A DNA stretch of 27,415 nt, taken from positions 1 through 27,415 of IMG/VR virus record IMGVR_UViG_3300044216_000066, one strand, 5' to 3'. Each line of letters opens with the position of its first letter. Within the stretch, counting starts at the first letter, position 1. This stretch comes from a virus (lineage: Duplodnaviria; Caudoviricetes). The notes beneath the pieces are model-generated. The model was not told the origin of the DNA, ran no database searches, and saw nothing but the letters and a program-made list of their open reading frames with translations. The position numbers and the translations under genes are program-made. Shown one piece after another: positions 10,200 to 17,500 of the stretch.

Positions 10200-11912
10200 A
10201 GGTTTTTCTTTACCTTTTACTTTTATCGGTTTTACTGATTTTAAGTTATATCCGCAATATTTTTCAGTTTCTTCGCCAATAAGTATGTTTACACCTGCTT
10301 CTTTTGTAGCTGATTCTAATCTAGCAGCAGTATTTACAGCGTCTCCGATAGCACTATAATCAAATCTAGTATCACTACCCATATTACCAATTACAGCTTC
10401 TCCTGTATTTACACCAACACCTATGGCTACTCCTATATCAGCTTTTTCTATATTTTCTTGTATTTCTTTAGCACATTCTACAGCAACTTGTTCGTGATGT
10501 GGTAAATCTAATGGTGCGTTAAATATAGCCATCATTGCATCACCAATATATTTATCAACCATACCATTGTATTTTTTAACTGCATCAGATTGTATAGTTA
10601 GTGCTTTATTCATAATTTCTGTAACTTGTTCTGGTTTTAGTTTTTCAGATAATGCAGTAAAGCCTCGTACGTCTGTAAATAAAAAAGTACAACGTCTTTT
10701 TTCTCCACCAAGTTTTAATAAATTTGGGTCTTTTTGTAAACGTTTTACTTGTCGTGGGTCTAAATAATGTTCGAACTGTTTTTTAATTTGTAAACGTAAT
10801 TTATATTGTTCTCTAAATCTTAAATAAAAAGCTACGCTTCCTGATATAAATTGACTTATTAAAGACCAAGTTACGTCTATTAAAACACCTGTACCTATCG
10901 TATAAGCCCCGTATAAGCCCGTTAAACCCATAGTTATTAAACCTAGAACTACCCCCCAAGTTATTCCTAAATAGCTTATAAAAGCCCACACGAGCCCTAC
11001 AGATACTAAAAATATAAATAATTCTACAGATAAAGCATAATCAGGTATATATGGGCTATCTTGTATTAATATAGATTCTGCAAGTGCAGCTTGTATTTTA
11101 TGTGGTTCAACTAATCCTATAGGTGTCGCTATTTGTGGCATTACACCATTAGCAGTAACACCAACAAAAACAAACTTACCATTTACATTCATTTCTTGTA
11201 AATCTGTTTCTTCTGTTTTTACCCATGATATCCATTTACGACCTAAACTATCTGTTTTAACTGGTGGTAATCCTCTTACAGCTATTTCTTGCACACCGTT
11301 ATCATTAGTAGTAACTATATATGTGGGGGTATCTGTTAGTATTTTTAATACTTGCGTTCCAAATGAAGCCGACCAACCGTCAGGCGTTTTTAATAAGAGA
11401 GGGATTCTTCTGACAAGTTGGTCAACTTCTGTAGGTGCGATAGCAACGCCTTGTGGTATATCATCATACTTATTATAATTTTGTTTTATTCCTGAAGAAA
11501 GTATACCACCAACATCAGGTCCCCTAATAACAGTGCCTGTAGTTTTGGGGTACTCACCACTGCCATTTTCGAAAGTAGCTAAAACACTAGGAGCATAACC
11601 TAACGAACTAGCAAATCTTGCATCTCCTCCCATTCTATCTGCTTGTGGAAAAGATATAACCCAACCAACACCCATAGCTCCTGCACCTAATAATTCTATT
11701 TGTATATCAGCTAGACGCTCTCTTGGTAAAGGATAACCTCCTTCTCTTTCTACATCTTCTTCTGTTATGTTAAGTATTACAAAATTACCGCTAGGTTCTT
11801 GTTTTTTAATAAAAGCATCAAAAGTTTTTAATTTTAATATTTCTGTTGGTGTACTTTGGAATATAAGGGGTAAAGATAATAAAGGTAATAATATAAATAT
11901 AAGTTTTTTCAT
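10179..11912 (-). CDS. CHASE2-domain, membrane-anchored class III adenylate cyclase
   Basis: N-terminal signal/TM segment, then CHASE2 motifs (FVILNITEED..GGYPLPRE..GA.GVGW...F; LVRRIPLL; GKFVFVGVTA; TPIG) and three TM helices. The catalytic domain has FTDVRGFT, DKYIGDAMMAIF, GVNTGEAVIGNMG and YSAIGDAVNTAARLES. Confidence 0.93.
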   Translation of the reverse strand: MKKLIFILLPLLSLPLIFQSTPTEILKLKTFDAFIKKQEPSGNFVILNITEEDVEREGGYPLPRERLADIQIELLGAGAMGVGWVISFPQADRMGGDARFASSLGYAPSVLATFENGSGEYPKTTGTVIRGPDVGGILSSGIKQNYNKYDDIPQGVAIAPTEVDQLVRRIPLLLKTPDGWSASFGTQVLKILTDTPTYIVTTNDNGVQEIAVRGLPPVKTDSLGRKWISWVKTEETDLQEMNVNGKFVFVGVTANGVMPQIATPIGLVEPHKIQAALAESILIQDSPYIPDYALSVELFIFLVSVGLVWAFISYLGITWGVVLGLITMGLTGLYGAYTIGTGVLIDVTWSLISQFISGSVAFYLRFREQYKLRLQIKKQFEHYLDPRQVKRLQKDPNLLKLGGEKRRCTFLFTDVRGFTALSEKLKPEQVTEIMNKALTIQSDAVKKYNGMVDKYIGDAMMAIFNAPLDLPHHEQVAVECAKEIQENIEKADIGVAIGVGVNTGEAVIGNMGSDTRFDYSAIGDAVNTAARLESATKEAGVNILIGEETEKYCGYNLKSVKPIKVKGKEKPLIIYTI

Positions 11913-13024
11913 CCGCTACTTTGTCTTATGGTAATAGTAGAATCACCACCACCATTAATTTTAATTATATTAGAAACACCGTCTTGTATCAAAATAACAG
12001 TATAAGCATTACCAGAACTTAAATCTACTTGAACAGACTCACTTACTTTCCTACGTAAACTAATTGTTTGTCCTGTCACTATAGTTGTAATTTGTGTATC
12101 GGTGTCTTGTCCTATAAGGGTTCCTGATATATTAACACCAGTAGCTAAAGCTAATTGGTCTTCATCTTCTTCTATCGCTAAAGCGTCTAATACTTTTAAT
12201 AAATCTTCTAAAAAATTTACATCTAAATAATTAATATCTAATTCTGTAAATTCTAAACTACTATCTTCTAAAAAATCTTCATTAAGATAATCAATGTCTA
12301 AATCATTAAAATCTAATAAGTTTACTGTTTTTGTGCTTGATGTTTCTTCTTGAACAACATCTTCTTCTTTTGGAGGAGAAACAATTAACATATTATCTAT
12401 AATATCTAAAGATAAATCCAAAACCACAGGTTTACTGGGTGCGTTTTCAAAAACATCTACAGTAGTAGCTTGATAGGGTTTATTTAGTAGAACGCTACCT
12501 GTTGCTGTAACTACTTCTATCTCACCACTAGATAAACCGAAAGCGTCAGGAAGAAGTATAATTAATGAACGCCCTAATTCATCTACGGTTGCTGTAAAAT
12601 CTGTTCCTCGTATAGCAATATTTGCAGTAGGTGTACTAAGTTTGATGTTTTGTTTATCTATACGATTAAGATTACCTGTTATAAATCTAGCTGTACCTAA
12701 AGCAAAGTTTAGAGACATTTTTGATTTACTGGGGTCTGGGTCATAGATATATTCATCTATGAGTAGTTGTGAGTGTTCTGTAAGTCTTACAGTCGATTCA
12801 TCTAAAAATGTTATAGCCATACGACCGTTAGTCGTTATAGCTTCATCATTACTACGTATCGGAAAATCTAAATTAGCGTCGTAAGGTTTATCTCTTACAA
12901 TCTGTGCAGAACCATTTAGTTCAGATATATCTCCAATATCAACAGCTTGTACTTGTTCCGCCGTCGTTTTGAATGACGCAAACAGTACCATTGTTACCGT
13001 TAGATAGAATCTTGAGCCAATCAT
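11909..13024 (-). CDS. FecR-domain periplasmic/secreted protein with acidic linker and beta-rich C-terminal domain
   Basis: FecR motifs ITFLDESTVRLTEHSQLLID and TPTANIAIRGTDF. ATGA overlap with the cyclase. The start may instead be the ATG at 12991. Confidence 0.85.
   Translation of the reverse strand: MIGSRFYLTVTMVLFASFKTTAEQVQAVDIGDISELNGSAQIVRDKPYDANLDFPIRSNDEAITTNGRMAITFLDESTVRLTEHSQLLIDEYIYDPDPSKSKMSLNFALGTARFITGNLNRIDKQNIKLSTPTANIAIRGTDFTATVDELGRSLIILLPDAFGLSSGEIEVVTATGSVLLNKPYQATTVDVFENAPSKPVVLDLSLDIIDNMLIVSPPKEEDVVQEETSSTKTVNLLDFNDLDIDYLNEDFLEDSSLEFTELDINYLDVNFLEDLLKVLDALAIEEDEDQLALATGVNISGTLIGQDTDTQITTIVTGQTISLRRKVSESVQVDLSSGNAYTVILIQDGVSNIIKINGGGDSTITIRQSSG
12197..12316 (-). repeat. 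two-copy 20-aa acidic repeat in the FecR-domain protein
   Basis: LDFNDLDIDYLNEDFLEDSS / LEFTELDINYLDVNFLEDLL. The DNA word atcttctaaaaaat occurs at 12203 and 12263, 60 nt apart. Confidence 0.75.
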
Positions 13025-13655
13025 TATCTAATGTACTCGATTGTGTAATATTAAATGTTCTTGAATTACCTGTTTGGTCTAAATAAAAATAACCACCTGC
13101 ATAACCAGAGCCTGTAAAATTAACTGTGTTACTATCACCGTCTACATCTACATAACTTGTTCCACCATCATAATTTATATCGAAATCAAAAGTGTTGCCG
13201 TCACCTTGAATTATCCAATCTAAATCTAATGTTGCAGCTAATGCACTCGTTCCATGGTCTAATGTGAAAGTATTAGAACTACCAGTAACGTCTACGTTGT
13301 AATTAGAACTGTCAATACCATAAGTGTTAGTAGGGTCACCTTGTATTGTAAAAGTATTACTATCACCGTCAAACTCAAAAAATCCTGTTATAGAATCACC
13401 TAGGATATCACCTAGAAATTTATTACTATCACCTATCTGATTAATATCTAATGTCATAGTAATACCGTCTAAATCTAACGCAGTAAGTGTGCCTGCAACA
13501 GAATTTAGTCCACCTATAATATTACCAGAGCCTAGCTGTTCTAAATCAATATTTGCTGTAGCACCTGATTGGTCAACATATATTTCATTGTCAGCCCCGT
13601 ATATTAGCGATGCACTCGTCATCACAATCAGGCTCATCAATTTTAATAGTTTCAT
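12939..13655 (-). CDS. curlin-like (CsgA/CsgB-like) secreted beta-repeat protein
   Basis: GGAGGA RBS just before the ATG at 13655, then a signal peptide and repeats such as QLGSGN, QIGDSN, DGDSNTF, TGSSNTF, QGDGNTF and DGDSNTV (QxGxxN-type). It lies next to csgG. Confidence 0.75.
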   Translation of the reverse strand: MKLLKLMSLIVMTSASLIYGADNEIYVDQSGATANIDLEQLGSGNIIGGLNSVAGTLTALDLDGITMTLDINQIGDSNKFLGDILGDSITGFFEFDGDSNTFTIQGDPTNTYGIDSSNYNVDVTGSSNTFTLDHGTSALAATLDLDWIIQGDGNTFDFDINYDGGTSYVDVDGDSNTVNFTGSGYAGGYFYLDQTGNSRTFNITQSSTLDNDWLKILSNGNNGTVCVIQNDGGTSTSC

Positions 13656-14460
13656 TTTTTTCCTCCCAAAAACCTCTATCATACCCTATTTTGACGATTT
13701 GCAAAACAGCCTCCTCTATCGCACGTTGTAAAGCTAAAGTAGTTGGTTCATTCTCTGCGTCTCCCATTTCTATTTCTACTAATTCTGTGCCTGCTTCTAT
13801 AAATCTAAAAACATCTTGGGATTGACCATAACTGTATACTTGTTTACTAACTAAAACATCTATCAAAACTTCACCAGTAGCAATAGATACCATACGTAAT
13901 GCAACAGTAATATTATCTACTCTGTATTGTTTACTTGTTCCTATACCTAAATATCTAGCACCAATACCTCCACTTTTTATATTTGTGTCATAACCAAGAA
14001 CAGCTCCCTCCATCAAAACACCTGCAAAAAGCAAAGGCATAATAGGTTTAGGTCCATCAGTTTTTTCGTTTTGCTCTCTCGCTGAACGTATAAGTTGTCT
14101 TTCTTTTGTAAGATTATCAAGTCCAACTCTTTCAGCTACTCTGAAAAACTTACCATCAGACGTATGTTTTAAACTTCTAATAAGTAGATGACTTGGTGCT
14201 TGTGTTAGTGCTGTAGAAAATAATGCAAACTCACTATTGCTTTTACGTTGTCCTGTTTGGTCTGTAAAACTATTAGGATAAACAGCAACAACAATAGGAA
14301 CTTTAGGTTGCGAAACATTTAATAATTCTTTAGATTGTATTTGTAGTATGTTTGGTAAACTTTTTCCTTGTCTAAGATTTTCATCTATAGGATTAATACT
14401 ACAACTAGAAAGAAAAATCGCCAATAGGCAACTGTATCTCAGTAATATTTCCATCTGCAT
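13591..14460 (-). CDS. csgG: curli secretion pore lipoprotein CsgG
   Basis: Lipobox LSSC. DQTGQRK, FSTALTQ, ERVGLDNLTKERQLIRS, EGAVLGYDTNIKSGGIGARYLGIG and LRMVSIATGEVL all match CsgG. The start may be 14454. Confidence 0.93.
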   Translation of the reverse strand: MQMEILLRYSCLLAIFLSSCSINPIDENLRQGKSLPNILQIQSKELLNVSQPKVPIVVAVYPNSFTDQTGQRKSNSEFALFSTALTQAPSHLLIRSLKHTSDGKFFRVAERVGLDNLTKERQLIRSAREQNEKTDGPKPIMPLLFAGVLMEGAVLGYDTNIKSGGIGARYLGIGTSKQYRVDNITVALRMVSIATGEVLIDVLVSKQVYSYGQSQDVFRFIEAGTELVEIEMGDAENEPTTLALQRAIEEAVLQIVKIGYDRGFWEEKNETIKIDEPDCDDECIANIRG

Positions 14461-14905
14461 CAGTGATTTTAAGAGTTATGATTCCATTATCTATACTATA
14501 TTCTATAGTGTTTCCTTCTAAGGTCAAAGTTCCTTCTGTGCTTGGTGTTTCACCAAATAAATTTTCTACAAGCTGTCTTGATAGCTGAGCATAGATACGT
14601 GATTCAAGATTCCTTATAAATCTAGCTAATGTAGTATTTTCTTTATCTCTTTCAATCTGTTCTTGTATAGCTTTTATTTCTTCTTTAATACTCATCTTAC
14701 GATTAAACTCTTGGTTTTCTATAGTTAAATAATGTGAGCTAGTATTTATACCATTAAAAGATGGATTTTTAAATTTATGTGTAATAGTGTCAGCTTTTAC
14801 ATTAATTGCTACAATACCTACAAACAGAAAGAAACCTATAAAAACTATAGCTAATGTAAGTCTGTATTTTTCTAATTCTACTTTATCAATCTTTTCTTTG
14901 GTCAT
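14405..14905 (-). CDS. csgF: curli assembly component CsgF
   Basis: Signal peptide followed by DTITHKFKNPSFNG (CsgF N-terminal F.NP.F.G) and FIRNLESRIYAQLSRQLVENLFG. It lies directly upstream of csgG. Confidence 0.85.
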   Translation of the reverse strand: MTKEKIDKVELEKYRLTLAIVFIGFFLFVGIVAINVKADTITHKFKNPSFNGINTSSHYLTIENQEFNRKMSIKEEIKAIQEQIERDKENTTLARFIRNLESRIYAQLSRQLVENLFGETPSTEGTLTLEGNTIEYSIDNGIITLKITDADGNITEIQLPIGDFSF

Positions 14906-15236
14906 CTCTATCCGCCTTAGCTAATCTATCAGATTGCATTAATTGTGGTACACCTAGTATAGTCTTTAATAATGTATCTTGTCTAATAATCTCATTATCT
15001 ACAGACCTAACTCTATCTATAAGTGCTACTAATATACCATGTTGTGAGTCTAATTTTTGTCCTAATCTTTCCTCGATAGCTGCTATTTGTCCTTCTACTT
15101 TTTCATCAACAGTATCTAATTTAGTTTCCATGCCGTCAACAATACGCATTATTAATTTATAAATAAACCAACCGAGACCTAGTGCTGCTGCAATAGGAAA
15201 ACCAACTTGTTGTATTAAAGTAACTACTTGTTCCAT
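14886..15236 (-). CDS. single-TM coiled-coil protein, holin-like (YvrJ/BhlA-like N-terminus)
   Basis: The TM helix VGFPIAAALGLGWFIY is followed by a heptad-like region. It is coupled to the nuclease gene (TAATG) and overlaps csgF. Confidence 0.55.
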   Translation of the reverse strand: MEQVVTLIQQVGFPIAAALGLGWFIYKLIMRIVDGMETKLDTVDEKVEGQIAAIEERLGQKLDSQHGILVALIDRVRSVDNEIIRQDTLLKTILGVPQLMQSDRLAKADRDDQRKD

Positions 15237-15616
15237 TAATAATCACCCCAAACTTTAGTTTTTTTACCTCCGTCATAAGCAACAGCATGACCTTCTTTTA
15301 TAAGAACATCACAAATATCTCTACCGTCTTCTGTATAAGGTATACCAAGTATTCTGCCATACTTACCCTTACCTAATGATTTAACTTGTATTTTACCAAT
15401 ACATAGTTGTTTAAGTCTTTCTTTTGCGGCAAGACCTAGCTTCTTTTCAGCTAAATCTCTTGTTCTAGATTCTGGTGTATCTATGCCTGCAAGTCTAACA
15501 CGTTGTTTATGTAGCTTTACATCAAAACCTAAATCTAAAGTGCAATCAAATGTATCGCCGTCTACTATGCGTTCTAATGTTGCGTTATATACAAATGAAT
15601 CTGGTGCTTTAGCCAT
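15236..15616 (-). CDS. staphylococcal nuclease (SNase/thermonuclease)-like protein
   Basis: RIVDGDTF, RVRLAGIDTPE, KYGRILG and LIKEGHA motifs. No signal peptide. Confidence 0.9.
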   Translation of the reverse strand: MAKAPDSFVYNATLERIVDGDTFDCTLDLGFDVKLHKQRVRLAGIDTPESRTRDLAEKKLGLAAKERLKQLCIGKIQVKSLGKGKYGRILGIPYTEDGRDICDVLIKEGHAVAYDGGKKTKVWGDY

Positions 15617-15901
15617 TTAACACTTCCATCTTCTTCTAGCTTGTCTTAATCTTGAATTAGGGTTTTTAGCTGCTTTTGGAAACTTTTTCATTTGTCCTGC
15701 AGAACGTGCACAAAATGATTTACGTCTTTTTGCTGCTTTACTGCCTTTTTTAACTTTACCTGTTACAGCAGTTTTTAATTTAGAACCAGGATTTAATCTT
15801 CTATAGGCTTTTACACCTGCTTTAGTCATTCCAGCACCTTTTTTAGTAGGTCTAAAATTCTTTTTATTTCTGGCTGGCATCTTAGCTTTTTTTCTTGGCA
15901 C
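15617..15901 (-). CDS. small very basic phage protein
   Basis: GTG start with AGGAG RBS. K/R-rich, with RRKSFCARS...PNSRLRQARRRWKC. Confidence 0.75.
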   Translation of the reverse strand: MPRKKAKMPARNKKNFRPTKKGAGMTKAGVKAYRRLNPGSKLKTAVTGKVKKGSKAAKRRKSFCARSAGQMKKFPKAAKNPNSRLRQARRRWKC

Positions 15902-16187
15902 GTGTACTCCTTTTCTTTTTGACGAAAGTTCTTACATTTGTTGGTTTACCACCAGGATTGCCTGCTGCTCTTTTTCTTCTGACAGCACTCGCTCTTTGTG
16001 ATGCGGTCATTCTTTTAGCTTGACTTCTTGGTACGCATTTAGGGTATTTACGTTTGCTTTTACCTTTAGCAGATTTTCTACCACATTTTTGGAACTTACC
16101 TTTTTTCTTAGGTGCACCTATATCTACCCAGTCACCTTTAGGTCCTTTACCAAACCATGCTGTTAATCCACCACTAGGTTTTGCCAC
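15882..16187 (-). CDS. small very basic phage protein
   Basis: GTG start with GAGG RBS. GGLTAWF..WVDIG..CGR..YPKCVP. Confidence 0.75.
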   Translation of the reverse strand: MAKPSGGLTAWFGKGPKGDWVDIGAPKKKGKFQKCGRKSAKGKSKRKYPKCVPRSQAKRMTASQRASAVRRKRAAGNPGGKPTNVRTFVKKKRSTRAKKKS

Positions 16188-16482
16188 GTTTCTTCCTCGC
16201 TTTTCTTATAGCTTCTTTACCTTTTTTAAATATACTTACTACTTGCGTTTTACCCATCACTTTCGCTCTTTGTTCGCCGACAGTAAGAATTTGTATTTTT
16301 CTTGCAAAAGGTTTATTAACTCTTTTGACTTTCGCGACTGTTGCTCTAGCGTCTGAAGGAGTAGCGAATTTAATACGTACTGTGTCTTTCGGGTTTTCAT
16401 CTGTATATAATCTTCTTCCACTACCTTTAGGTTTTTTACCAGTTCCCTTTTTAGGGTCTTTTTTACGTCTACTTTTTGCCAC
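16174..16482 (-). CDS. small very basic phage protein
   Basis: GTG start with GAGG upstream. GTGKKPKGSGRRLYTDENPKDTV. Confidence 0.75.
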   Translation of the reverse strand: MAKSRRKKDPKKGTGKKPKGSGRRLYTDENPKDTVRIKFATPSDARATVAKVKRVNKPFARKIQILTVGEQRAKVMGKTQVVSIFKKGKEAIRKARKKRGKT

Positions 16483-16627
16483 GTTTTTTAGTTCCTCTTC
16501 TAGCTTTTTTCATTTGGGCTGCAGTGGGTGCACCTTTTGCACCTTTCTTACGCATTTTTTCTCCAGAACCAGCTTTGATTCTTTTACGTTTTGCGTGTAT
16601 ATTCGCCCATAAACCTCTACGTGCCAT
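16469..16627 (-). CDS. small very basic phage protein (52 aa)
   Basis: Start reassigned to the ATG at 16627 (MARRGLWANIHAKRKRIKAGSGEKMRK), 1 nt after the upstream stop. Confidence 0.7.
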   Translation of the reverse strand: MARRGLWANIHAKRKRIKAGSGEKMRKKGAKGAPTAAQMKKARRGTKKRGKK

Positions 16628-16628
16628 T

Positions 16629-16823
16629 TTACTTCTTAGTCCTATATCCTCCACCACGTTTTTTATATTCACGTACCAACCACCCATTTGCATAAGCACT
16701 TGGATAGACTTTAAATTTACGTTTCGCTTCAGCTTTTACTCTAGCATATAAACTAGGATTTGTTGGTACTGCTTTAGACTTAGAAGACTTCTTCTTTGCA
16801 GGTTTCTTTTTTGTTCTAGCCAT
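16629..16823 (-). CDS. small very basic phage protein
   Basis: GAGGAG RBS. LYARVKAEAKRKFKVYPSAYANGWLVREYKKRGGGY. Confidence 0.75.
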   Translation of the reverse strand: MARTKKKPAKKKSSKSKAVPTNPSLYARVKAEAKRKFKVYPSAYANGWLVREYKKRGGGYRTKK

Positions 16824-16825
16824 TA

Positions 16826-17500
16826 CTACTCCTCATATAAATTATTAAATGTAATTGTTGGGTCAAGATAACTTTCATGTCCTTCTGCAGAATGAGTGTG
16901 CTGTGAAGGTGTAAATTTTGGTGCACCTTCTCCTGTTACCCATAACGCAGGACTGGTCGCTCTAACTCTATTATTAGGTAAAGCAACTAAATTACCTTTC
17001 CATTCACAATCTTCTGTTATATATAATACATGAGATTGTTTATGTTGTGCAGGACAATCAGCTATAGCGTTATTTGTGTAATCTACTGTAAACATATATT
17101 TACCAGTATAAAACTTTCCATCGATTTTGCAAAGCCATGGAGAAGAACTTACTCTATCCATAACTATGACCGAATGGTCTCTAGATTCACAATCCCAAGG
17201 CTGACATAAATGGTCTTCCATAGGTATAGCCCATTCATCTACTGGAATATCAGCTATTAGTCCTTGTATTGGCATACGTGCCCACATTGCACCGCCGTGT
17301 ATATTACCTTCGTCCCAATCATCGTACTCCCTTTCGCAACCTGTAAAAACAACTTGGAAACTTAATGACCTGTCTGGAATGGTGTTTACAGCAAAAGCAA
17401 TGGCATGTAGAAACTCTCCATGGTATTGCTGATGATTAGCTGTAAATTCTCTACGCACCCAACATTTAAAGTGCGGGATATTACTTATGAGATGAGGCAC
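16826..17500 (-). CDS. hypothetical phage protein, Trp/His/Cys-rich
   Basis: The GTG start abuts the upstream TAA. Globular composition (GGAMWARMP, QPWDCES, HKQSH, PNNRVR); function unknown. Confidence 0.7.
   Translation of the reverse strand: MPHLISNIPHFKCWVRREFTANHQQYHGEFLHAIAFAVNTIPDRSLSFQVVFTGCEREYDDWDEGNIHGGAMWARMPIQGLIADIPVDEWAIPMEDHLCQPWDCESRDHSVIVMDRVSSSPWLCKIDGKFYTGKYMFTVDYTNNAIADCPAQHKQSHVLYITEDCEWKGNLVALPNNRVRATSPALWVTGEGAPKFTPSQHTHSAEGHESYLDPTITFNNLYEE

Noticed and set aside
10179-11912. Pycsar-like pyrimidine cyclase or guanylate cyclase
   Set aside because: The adenine-selecting Lys is present, the CHASE2/TM architecture is that of a receptor cyclase, and no adjacent TIR or TM cNMP effector is seen.
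10179-15236. Bacterial chromosomal DNA or chimeric assembly as the source of the curli cassette
   Set aside because: It is co-oriented with, and at its upstream end translationally coupled to, flanking phage genes, with similar AT-rich composition and no visible mobile-element scars. Read mapping would confirm this.
16628-16699. Longer start for the 16469 ORF
   Set aside because: It overlaps the upstream gene; the ATG at 16627 follows that gene's stop directly.
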